Below, one piece after another: positions 47,975 to 56,150 of a stretch of DNA of 64,000 bases (position 1 is its first letter; each line of letters begins with the position of its first letter). Made by a program: the position numbers and the translations under genes. Source of the DNA: Candidatus Dactylopiibacterium sp. (GTDB lineage Bacteria; Pseudomonadota; Gammaproteobacteria; Burkholderiales; Rhodocyclaceae); the NCBI GenBank assembly GCA_031119555.1, contig JAVHXQ010000005.1, forward strand, positions 5,500 through 69,499. The letters are read 5' to 3'. The notes under the pieces are model-generated. The model did no database searches. It saw only the letters and a program-made list of their open reading frames with translations, and was not told the origin of the DNA.

Positions 47975-48627
47975 CGCCGCGGCGTCCGCTGGGAATTCTC
48001 GGCGGCACTTTCGACCCCATCCACTACGGCCATCTGCGCATGGCCGAAGAAGCGCGCGATGCGCTCGCGCTCGAACGCGTGAGCCTGATCCCGGCGGGTC
48101 TGCCGCCGCATCGCGAGCGCCCCGGCACGCAGGCGGCGGACCGCCTCGAGATGACGCGGCTGGCGGCCGCCGCGCATCCCCACCTGGAGGTCGACGCCGG
48201 CGAGGCGCTCGCCGCGGCGCCGAGCTACACCGTGCCGACGCTCGAGCGCCTGCGCGACACGCACGGCACGGCACGGCCGCTGGTGCTGCTGCTGGGCATG
48301 GACGCCTTCCAGAATCTCGCCGGCTGGCACCGCTGGCGGGAGCTGTTCGCGCTCGCCCACATCGCCGTGGCGACACGGCCGGGCTACGACTTCCGCGCCG
48401 CCGGGCTCGCCCCGGAACTGGGCGCCGAACTGCGCACGCGCTTCACGCCCGAAGCGGGCGCGCTCGCGGCCTCCCCCGCCGGGCGCGTCACCGCCTTCGC
48501 GATGACCCCGCTGGCGATTTCGGCCACCGCCATCCGCGAGCAGATCGCGCGCGGCGCCAGCCCGCGCTTTTTGCTGCCGGACGCGGTTCTGGACTATATT
48601 CAGACCCATCACCTCTATACGTACTGA
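47971..48627 (+). CDS. nadD: nicotinate-nucleotide adenylyltransferase
   Basis: 218 aa. It contains GILGGTFDPIHYGHL. The ATG overlaps the upstream stop (ATGA). Confidence 0.9.
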   Translation: MTPRRPLGILGGTFDPIHYGHLRMAEEARDALALERVSLIPAGLPPHRERPGTQAADRLEMTRLAAAAHPHLEVDAGEALAAAPSYTVPTLERLRDTHGTARPLVLLLGMDAFQNLAGWHRWRELFALAHIAVATRPGYDFRAAGLAPELGAELRTRFTPEAGALAASPAGRVTAFAMTPLAISATAIREQIARGASPRFLLPDAVLDYIQTHHLYTY

Positions 48628-48636
48628 CCCGCATTA

Positions 48637-49008
48637 ATGGAACTTCGCAAGCTTCAGAAGACCGTCGTCGACGCCCTTGAAGACATCAAGGCGCAAGACA
48701 TCGAAGTCATCAACGTCACGCAACTGACCTCCCTTTTCGACCGCGTCATCATCGCCAGCGGCACTTCCAACCGGCAGACGCGCGCCCTCGCGAGCCACGT
48801 CCAGGAGAAGGTCCGCGCGGCCGGCGGCAGCGTGCTCAGCGTGGAAGGCGAGGAGACCGGCGAGTGGGTGCTCGTCGATCTGGGCGACATCGTCGTCCAC
48901 CTCATGCAGCCCGCCGTGCGGACCTACTACAACCTCGAGGAACTCTGGTCGAGCACGCCGGCCCGCCGGCGCAAGCTGATCGCCGACCAGGAAGCGGCCC
49001 GCGACTGA
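48637..49008 (+). CDS. rsfS: ribosome silencing factor RsfS
   Basis: 123 aa. It contains DYFVIASGTS-type ([17 protein letters not shown]) and [11 protein letters not shown] motifs. Confidence 0.9.
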   Translation: MELRKLQKTVVDALEDIKAQDIEVINVTQLTSLFDRVIIASGTSNRQTRALASHVQEKVRAAGGSVLSVEGEETGEWVLVDLGDIVVHLMQPAVRTYYNLEELWSSTPARRRKLIADQEAARD

Positions 49009-49018
49009 CGCCGCGGCC

Positions 49019-49489
49019 ATGAAACTCATCATCGCGGCGGTCGGCACGCGCATGCCCGACTGGGTCGAGGCCGGCTTCGCCGAGTTCGCCCGCCGTCTGC
49101 CGCGCGATTGCCCGCTCGAGCTGCTGGAGGTCAAGGCCGAACCGCGCACCACGGGCAAGACGGCCGCCGCCATGATGGCCGCCGAAGCCGAGCGCCTGCG
49201 CGCCGCGATGCCCACGCGCCGCCGCCTGGTGGTGCTCGACGAGCGCGGCGACGATCTCACCACCCGGCAACTCGCGACGCGCCTCGAGAAATGGATGGGC
49301 CTGGGCGACGACGTGGTGTTCGCGATCGGTGGCCCCGACGGGCTGGATGCCGGCTTCAAGGCCGAGGCGCACGAGAAACTGCGGCTTTCCAGCCTGACCC
49401 TGCCGCACGCGATGGTGCGCCCGCTGCTGGCCGAGGCCCTCTATCGCGCCTGGAGCGTGATGAACCATCACCCCTATCACCGCGAATGA
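49019..49489 (+). CDS. rlmH: 23S rRNA (pseudouridine1915-N3)-methyltransferase RlmH
   Basis: 156 aa, SPOUT fold, ending ..[17 protein letters not shown]...HPYHRE. Confidence 0.95.
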   Translation: MKLIIAAVGTRMPDWVEAGFAEFARRLPRDCPLELLEVKAEPRTTGKTAAAMMAAEAERLRAAMPTRRRLVVLDERGDDLTTRQLATRLEKWMGLGDDVVFAIGGPDGLDAGFKAEAHEKLRLSSLTLPHAMVRPLLAEALYRAWSVMNHHPYHRE

Positions 49490-49499
49490 AGGCCCGTCC

Positions 49500-50120
49500 A
49501 TGACAGCGAACGTCCGCCCGCGCGTCTATCTCGCCTCGCGCAGCCCGCGCCGACGCGAATTGCTGACCCAGATCGGCGTCGACTACGACGTGCTCCCGTT
49601 CCGCACGCCGCCGCGCGAGGACGAGGACGTCTGCGAGGACGTGCTGCCCGGCGAGGACGCCGAAACCTACGTCGTGCGCCTCGCGCGCGCCAAGGGCGAA
49701 GCCGCGCTGCGCCGGCTGGACCTGCGCCAGCTCCGCCAGCAGCCCGTACTGTCGGCCGACACCACGCTGGCGCTGGACGACGAGATCATCGGCAAGCCCG
49801 ACGACGCCCTCCACGCGATGCGCATCCTGCGCAGCCTGTCGGGCCGCAGCCATCGCGTGCTGACGGCCGTGGCGCTCGCCGACGGCACGCGCATGGCGCA
49901 TCGGCTGTCGATCAGCAGCGTGCATTTCGGCGAACTCAGCGACGACGACATCCACCGCTACGTTGCGAGCGGCGAACCTTTCGACAAGGCCGGCGCCTAC
50001 GGCATCCAGGGCATTGCCGCGACCTTCGTGCGCGAGATCCATGGCTCCCACAGCGGCATCATGGGCCTGCCGCTCTACGAAACCGCCGCGTTGCTGCGCG
50101 CGTTCGGCCTGCTGCCCTGA
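49500..50120 (+). CDS. Maf-family nucleoside triphosphate pyrophosphatase
   Basis: 206 aa. It contains LASRSPRRRELL, ADT...LD.EI.GKP and KAGAYGIQG. Confidence 0.9.
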   Translation: MTANVRPRVYLASRSPRRRELLTQIGVDYDVLPFRTPPREDEDVCEDVLPGEDAETYVVRLARAKGEAALRRLDLRQLRQQPVLSADTTLALDDEIIGKPDDALHAMRILRSLSGRSHRVLTAVALADGTRMAHRLSISSVHFGELSDDDIHRYVASGEPFDKAGAYGIQGIAATFVREIHGSHSGIMGLPLYETAALLRAFGLLP

Positions 50121-50141
50121 GCGCCGGACCCCGGCCTCACC

Positions 50142-51194
50142 CTACCAGCGCCGTACCACGGCCTGGGCCGACAACCACGCCAGCGCGATGAAGGGCCAGA
50201 TCAGCGTGACGAGGCGCGTGAGGCCGTAGAAATTGAACAGGTGGCCCGTGTAGCTCGCGTGCAGCGAGGCCCCCAGGTAGGGATTCTCGGGCGCCAGATT
50301 CACCAGCGCGGTAGCCAGCAGCAGCGTGAGGCTCGCCAGGCTGTGCTGGCTCCAGCGCGGCAGGTACCACGCCACGACCACCAGCACGGAGCCGATCGCG
50401 AGCCCCCGCAGCGCACCCGGCGTCGCCCACGCGAACATCGCCTCGGGGCTCACGAAGGCGTAGTTCGCCACCGTGCGCAAGACCAGCCCCGCGAGCAGCA
50501 CGCCAGACAGGAAGGCCAGCGACGGCGCGCGCATGCAGCGCCGCAGCAGCAGCCCCACGGCCAGCAGGCTGGAGGCCACCACCGCGGCTTCGAGGATGAA
50601 GTAGCGCCTCGCCGAGAACACCATGGGTGCGGGCAGATCGAACAGCGCACGCAGATCGCCCGCGCCGAACAGCAGGCTGGACGGTTCCAGCTGGGTCAGC
50701 CACCACAGGCCGATCAGCAGCAGGCCCAGCTCGCCGATGTGGCCGGGCAGGATCTGGCGCATGCGCCAGCGCTGCAGCCAGCCCCCCTCGTGGAAGACAT
50801 GCCCCCAGCGCACGCCGAGCATCGCGCCGGTCAGGCCGCCCAGGGCATTGGTGGCGAGATCGAGGTTGGACGCCACGCGCGTGGGCAGCCAGTTCTGCGC
50901 GAACTCGATCGAGAAGCTCAGCAGCGCGCTCGCGATCAGCCCCCAGAGCACCACGCGGCCGGCCTTGCGGCCTTCGGCGAACGCCGCGGCGAACATGAAG
51001 CCGAAGGGCACGTAGCCCGCGATGTTCAGATACACGTCGAGCAGGGAGATGTACTTCTGCCAGGGCTCGATCAGGAAGGCCAGCGGCGAGACGCCGCCGA
51101 TGCCCACCCACCCCCGGAAGGGGTGCAGGCAGACCAGCAGCAGCAGCAGCGTATAGGCCAGGCACAGGTAACGGGGCAGCCGGCGATGATGCAT
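50142..51194 (-). CDS. VanZ-like family membrane protein
   Basis: 350 aa, polytopic. The N-terminal VanZ-like block reads D..LN.AGYVPFGF...A......EF.Q.W.P.R..S..D...N..G. Confidence 0.7.
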   Translation of the reverse strand: MHHRRLPRYLCLAYTLLLLLVCLHPFRGWVGIGGVSPLAFLIEPWQKYISLLDVYLNIAGYVPFGFMFAAAFAEGRKAGRVVLWGLIASALLSFSIEFAQNWLPTRVASNLDLATNALGGLTGAMLGVRWGHVFHEGGWLQRWRMRQILPGHIGELGLLLIGLWWLTQLEPSSLLFGAGDLRALFDLPAPMVFSARRYFILEAAVVASSLLAVGLLLRRCMRAPSLAFLSGVLLAGLVLRTVANYAFVSPEAMFAWATPGALRGLAIGSVLVVVAWYLPRWSQHSLASLTLLLATALVNLAPENPYLGASLHASYTGHLFNFYGLTRLVTLIWPFIALAWLSAQAVVRRW

Positions 51195-51213
51195 CGATCC
51201 GCCCCGTCGCCCG

Positions 51214-52752
51214 TCAGGACCGGTGCGCGGTATGGCCCGTCAGCGCGGCGGCCGCGCCGGGCCCCCGGCGCTGCTCGGCTTCGCGCCGGGCGCTCTCGGG
51301 CGTGGGGATGGGCGGCGTGCGCACCCATTGCGGCAGCAGCGAGAACAGCACGAAGCTGCTCAGCGAGACGAGGAAGCCCACGAAGTGCGGCAGCCACACC
51401 TCCAGCCAGGCCGGCGCGGTCTCGCCGGCGGCGAAGGCTTCCAGCGTGAGCCAGGTCGTGAGCCCCAGCACCATCGACACGACGGCGCCCTGGGTGGTCG
51501 CGCGCTTCCAGTACACCCCCAGCAGCAGCGGCACGAAGGCCGCCACGAGGGTGACCTTGTAGGCGTTCTCGACCAGGCCGTAGATCGAGAGCCTGGAGTT
51601 GATCGCGATGTAGGTCACCACGCAGGTGAACACCAGCACCACGCCCTGCATGGCGCGCAGGAACTGCTTGTCGGTGAGATGCGGGCGATAGTGGCGCAGC
51701 ACCGGCCGCAGGAGGTTTTCGGAGAAGGTCACCGAGGGCGCCAGCAGCGTGGCCGAGGCGCAGCTCTTGATGGCCGACAGCAGTGCGCCGAAGAACATGA
51801 TCTGCGCGAACAGCGGAGCCTTCTCGAGCACCAGCTGCGGCAGGATCAGCTGCGAGTCGGTGTCGATGTACTTCGCCACCAGGTCCGGCGCGATCAGGAT
51901 CGCGCAGTACGCCAGGAACATCGGGATGAACGCGAAGCAGAGGTAGAGCGAACCGCCGAGCACCGACGCCCACACCGCGATCTTCTCGCTGGCCGACGAT
52001 TGCACGCGCTGGAAGACGTCCTGCTGCGGAATGGAGCCCAGCATCATGGTGATGCCGGTACCCACGAAGAGCACGATGGCATCGAGACGGAACTCGGGCC
52101 AGAAATCGAACTTGCCGGCCGCCTGCGCGTGCTCGATGACGTGCCCCACGCCGCCCGCGGCGCTGCCCACGTCCCAGCCGATGTACATCAGGCCGATCAC
52201 GATCACGATCATCTGGATGAAGTCGGTGATGGCCACCGACCACATGCCGCCGAACAGGGTATAGACGAGCACCGAGCCGGCGCCCAGCGCCATGCCCAGT
52301 TCCTGGCTCACGGCACCATCCGAGAGCACGAAGAACACCAGGCCCAGCGCCTTGATCTGGGCCGCGACCCAGCCCAGGTAGGACACCACGATGCACAGCG
52401 AGGTGATGAGTTCCACCGTGCGGCCGAAGCGCAGGCGGTAGTAGTCACCGATCGTGAGCAGGTTGAGCCGGTACAGGGGCTTGGCGAAGAAGATGCCGAC
52501 GAGGATCAGGCACAGCGACGAGCCGAAGGGGTCGGCGACCACGCCCCGCAGGCCTTCGTCGAGAAAGGTGGCGGGAATCCCGAGCACCGTTTCGGAGCCG
52601 AACCAGGTCGCGAAGACCGTGGCGGTGACGATGTGGAAGGGCAGCGCGCGGCTGGCCACCGCGTAGTCCGCCGTGTTCTTGACGCGCAGCGCGGCATACA
52701 GGCCGATGGCGATCGAGATCAGCCAGTAGATGATGACGAAGGAGATCAGCAT
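51214..52752 (-). CDS. sodium:solute symporter (SSF) family protein
   Basis: 512 aa, about 13 TM segments. The N-terminal ..Y..A.R.LP......T..ATWFG.E..LG pattern is typical of SSS-family proteins. Confidence 0.85.
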   Translation of the reverse strand: MLISFVIIYWLISIAIGLYAALRVKNTADYAVASRALPFHIVTATVFATWFGSETVLGIPATFLDEGLRGVVADPFGSSLCLILVGIFFAKPLYRLNLLTIGDYYRLRFGRTVELITSLCIVVSYLGWVAAQIKALGLVFFVLSDGAVSQELGMALGAGSVLVYTLFGGMWSVAITDFIQMIVIVIGLMYIGWDVGSAAGGVGHVIEHAQAAGKFDFWPEFRLDAIVLFVGTGITMMLGSIPQQDVFQRVQSSASEKIAVWASVLGGSLYLCFAFIPMFLAYCAILIAPDLVAKYIDTDSQLILPQLVLEKAPLFAQIMFFGALLSAIKSCASATLLAPSVTFSENLLRPVLRHYRPHLTDKQFLRAMQGVVLVFTCVVTYIAINSRLSIYGLVENAYKVTLVAAFVPLLLGVYWKRATTQGAVVSMVLGLTTWLTLEAFAAGETAPAWLEVWLPHFVGFLVSLSSFVLFSLLPQWVRTPPIPTPESARREAEQRRGPGAAAALTGHTAHRS

Positions 52753-52980
52753 TGAAGGTCCCCGGGAGGGCGGACGGAGGCGTCCGCGGCAAGTGTCGGT
52801 AACCGGTCGAGCCGGGTGGCAGGGCGGCGATTATACCCATAAGGGTCGGCGTGCCATCATGCAGAAATCATGCCGGCTCCCCTTGTCCGCCAGCCCCTGG
52901 CGGGGGCTTTCCGCCCGCCGGCCAACCCGCCCCGCGCGCCCCTGCCGCCACGCTCCGGACCCGCCGCCGCGCGGCGCACC

Positions 52981-54498
52981 TCAACCCGCCAGGCATAGCG
53001 CCAGCAGGCCCAGCGCGGCCAGCACGCAGAGGCAGCCCAGCCACAGGTTGCGCCAGCGCAGCGCGCGCATGAGTTCGGCATGCCGGGCCGCCTCGTGCCG
53101 GTCCGCGTCGCGCAGCAACGCGCGGTGCAGCAGGCGCGGCAACTGCGGCAGGGTGCCGGCCCATTCCGGCGCCTCCTCGCGCACGTGGCGCAGCAGCGCG
53201 CGCCAGCCGATCTGCTCGCTCATCCAGCGCTCGAGGAAAGGCTTGGCGGTCTGCCAGAGGTCGAGTTCGGGATCGAGCTGGCGCCCCATGCCCTCGATGT
53301 TGAGCAGTGTCTTCTGCAGCATCACGAGCTGGGGCTGGACCTCCATCTCGAAGCGGCGCGCGGTCTGGAAGAGGCGCAACAGCGTCTTGCCGAACGAGAT
53401 GTCCTTCAGCGGGCGGTCGAAGATGGGCTCGCAGACGGCCCGGATCGCGTTCTCGAACTCATCGACGCGCGTGTGCGGCGGCACCCAGCCGGCGTCGATG
53501 TGGGCCTGCGCGACGCGGCGGTAGTCGCGCCGGAAGAACGCCAGGAAGTTCTGCGCGAGGTAGGCCTTGTCGCGGTCGTTGAGGGTGCCCATGATGCCGA
53601 AATCCAGCGCCACGTACTGGCCCTGGGGCGTCACGAGGATGTTGCCCGGATGCATGTCGGCGTGGAAGAAGCCGTCGCGGAACACCTGCGTGAAGAAGAT
53701 CTCCACGCCCGCCCGCGACAGGGCCTTCAGGTCAACGCCCTGCGCGCGCAGCGCATCGACCTGCGACACCGGCGTGCCGGCCATGCGCTGCATCACCATC
53801 ACGCGGCGGCCGCAGTAGTCCCAGTGCACCTCCGGCACCTGCAGCAGCGCCGAGCCCGCGAAGTTGCGCCGCAGCTGCGAGCAGTTGGCCGCCTCGCGCA
53901 TCATGTCGAGTTCGTCCTCGAGATGGCGCGCGAACTCCTCGACCACCTCGCGCGGCTTCAGGCGACGCCCCTCGCGCCAGACGCGCTCGATGAGCAGCGC
54001 GGCCGTGTCGAGCAGCGCCATGTCGTGCGCGATCACCTCTTCTATGCCCGGCCGCAGCACCTTGACGGCCACTTCGGTGCCGTCGGGCAGCTCGGCGAAA
54101 TGCACCTGCGCCACGGAGGCCGACGCCACGGGCTGCAGCGCGAAGCTGCGGAAGACCGCGTCCACGGGACGGCCGTACTCCCGCAGCAGGACGTCCAGCA
54201 CCTGGGCGGTCGGGAAGGGCGGCACGCGGTCCTGCAGCAGCGCGAGTTCGTCGGCGATGTCCAGCGGCAGCAGGTCGCGCCGCGTCGACAGCATCTGGCC
54301 GAACTTCACGAAGATCGGCCCCAGCGACTCCAGCGCCCGCCGCAGACGCTCGCCGCGCGACGCCGTGAAGCGGCGGCGGGGCACCAGGCGCTGCACCCAT
54401 TCGCCGATGCGCGTGTTCGAGGCGTGGTCGAGCACGAGCTGGTCCAGACCGAAGCGCAGGCTGACGGAGACGATCTTCGCGAGGCGGAAAAGGCGCAC
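52981..54498 (-). CDS. ubiB: ubiquinone biosynthesis regulatory protein kinase UbiB
   Basis: It contains [38 protein letters not shown] and [10 protein letters not shown] chose GTG 54496..54498 as the start ([11 protein letters not shown]..) to leave a 135-bp divergent spacer. The track's ATG 54603 is the alternative. Confidence 0.9.
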   Translation of the reverse strand: MRLFRLAKIVSVSLRFGLDQLVLDHASNTRIGEWVQRLVPRRRFTASRGERLRRALESLGPIFVKFGQMLSTRRDLLPLDIADELALLQDRVPPFPTAQVLDVLLREYGRPVDAVFRSFALQPVASASVAQVHFAELPDGTEVAVKVLRPGIEEVIAHDMALLDTAALLIERVWREGRRLKPREVVEEFARHLEDELDMMREAANCSQLRRNFAGSALLQVPEVHWDYCGRRVMVMQRMAGTPVSQVDALRAQGVDLKALSRAGVEIFFTQVFRDGFFHADMHPGNILVTPQGQYVALDFGIMGTLNDRDKAYLAQNFLAFFRRDYRRVAQAHIDAGWVPPHTRVDEFENAIRAVCEPIFDRPLKDISFGKTLLRLFQTARRFEMEVQPQLVMLQKTLLNIEGMGRQLDPELDLWQTAKPFLERWMSEQIGWRALLRHVREEAPEWAGTLPQLPRLLHRALLRDADRHEAARHAELMRALRWRNLWLGCLCVLAALGLLALCLAG

Positions 54499-54633
54499 GA
54501 TGCAGGCGGGGCAGACGAAAGCAGGGATGGTAGCAGTTCGGCGCCCGCCCGATGCCGCGGGAGGGCCCTGCCGATTCGTCCCCGCCCGCCCGCGCAAGTA
54601 CAATCGGCCACCTCACCCGAGCCCTGGCACACC

Positions 54634-55728
54634 ATGACCCGACCCGCGAACGACACCCTGTTGCGCGCCCTGCTGCGCGAACCGACCGATTACACACCGC
54701 TCTGGCTCATGCGGCAGGCCGGCCGCTACCTGCCCGAATACCGGGCCTCGCGCGCCCGCGCCGGCAGCTTCATGGACCTGTGCCGCAACGCAGACTTCGC
54801 CACCGAGGTGACCCTGCAGCCGCTCGAGCGCTACGCGCTGGATGCCGCCATCCTGTTCTCCGACATCCTCACCGTGCCCGACGCAATGGGCCTGGGGCTG
54901 TCGTTCGCCGAGGGCGAGGGCCCGCGCTTCGCCTCGCCGCTGCGCGACGAGGCCGCGATCCGCGCGCTGGAGGTGCCCGACATGGCGCGCCTGGACTACG
55001 TCTTCCAGGCCGTCGCGGCGATCCGCAAGGGCCTGGGGAACCGCGTCCCGCTGATCGGCTTTTCCGGTAGCCCCTTCACGCTGGCCTGTTACATGATCGA
55101 AGGCGGCGGCTCCGACGACTTCCGTCACGTCAAGGCGCTCATGTACAGCCGACCCGAGCTGCTGCACCACATCCTCGACGTCAATGCCCGCACCGTGACG
55201 ACCTACCTGAACGAGCAGATCGCGCACGGCGCCCAGGCCGTGATGATCTTCGACACCTGGGGAGGCGCGCTCAGCAGCGCGGCCTACCGCAGCTTCTCGC
55301 TCGAATACATGCGCCGCATCGTGGCGGGCCTGCGCCGCGAACACGACGGCGCGCGCGTGCCCGTCACGCTATTCACCAAGGGCGGCGGTCAGTGGCTTGC
55401 CGACATGGCCGACACCGGCTGTGATGCGCTGGGGCTCGACTGGACTGTTGCGCCGGCGCAAGCGCGTACCCTTGTGGGCAGTAAAGTCGCGCTGCAGGGC
55501 AACATGGACCCGGGTGCGCTGATGGGTTCCGCCAACGGCGTAGCCGCCGAAGCCAGGCGTGTTCTCGATGCCTTCGGGCCTGCGCCAGGGCACGTTTTCA
55601 ACCTGGGACACGGCATCTCGCAGCACACGCCACCCGACAACGTGGCTGTGCTGGTGGACATTGTGCACCGCCACAGCCGGGCTCAGCGCGCGGGGCTGGC
55701 CACCTCCGACGGCGCCACCACGGCCTGA
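54634..55728 (+). CDS. hemE: uroporphyrinogen decarboxylase
   Basis: 364 aa. It contains [26 protein letters not shown] and FNLGHGI. Confidence 0.95.
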   Translation: MTRPANDTLLRALLREPTDYTPLWLMRQAGRYLPEYRASRARAGSFMDLCRNADFATEVTLQPLERYALDAAILFSDILTVPDAMGLGLSFAEGEGPRFASPLRDEAAIRALEVPDMARLDYVFQAVAAIRKGLGNRVPLIGFSGSPFTLACYMIEGGGSDDFRHVKALMYSRPELLHHILDVNARTVTTYLNEQIAHGAQAVMIFDTWGGALSSAAYRSFSLEYMRRIVAGLRREHDGARVPVTLFTKGGGQWLADMADTGCDALGLDWTVAPAQARTLVGSKVALQGNMDPGALMGSANGVAAEARRVLDAFGPAPGHVFNLGHGISQHTPPDNVAVLVDIVHRHSRAQRAGLATSDGATTA

Positions 55729-56000
55729 GGCGCCGGCGGGGCCGGAAGGCGCTCCCCAGCGATGCGCGCAAGCCCTTGCCCGCCCTGCGTGATTTCGCGC
55801 CCCCACGCACGGCCCGCACGAGATGGGGCTTGACTTATACACATCACGCAGCCGCCGGGCTTTGCGGCCCGCCGCAAAAGACCACACACCCAACCCGGAA
55901 TGCATAACATTGATTTCATTGAAAAATAATCTTCCGAACGGCGAGCTAGCATGAACCGATCCGCGCGCGCAAGCACCGGCTAGCGGCTCGCCCCCCCGCG

Positions 56001-56035
56001 CTATGCACACTTTTATCCACAGACCGTGTGGACAA
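56001..56035. promoter_or_regulatory. cluster of three DnaA boxes
   Basis: CTATGCACA (56001..56009; 8/9 to TTWTNCACA), a perfect TTATCCACA (56013..56021), and inverted TGTGGACAA (56027..56035; 8/9). The cluster lies 115-150 bp upstream of priA. Confidence 0.5.
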
Positions 56036-56150
56036 TCCTGCAAGCACATGTCGCGGCAAGGTGTTGCGTGCAGAACTGCGCGGATCGCTTCACAAAGACG
56101 CCGCAAATCATTGATTTGACTGAAACCTGACTGTCACACCCCGCATCGTC

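Noticed and set aside
54499-54603. A 35-codon N-terminal extension of ubiB from ATG 54603 ([35 protein letters not shown]).
   Set aside because: It is Arg/Gly/Pro-rich and unlike UbiB N-termini. It would also leave only 30 bp for the divergent ubiB/hemE promoters. I cannot exclude it without start-site data.
55908-55924. The duplicated TTGATTTnAnTGAA motif (also at 56109..56125) as FNR/CRP boxes.
   Set aside because: The second half-site (TTGAA/CTGAA) is not the inverted ATCAA. The two copies are direct repeats of each other rather than palindromes.
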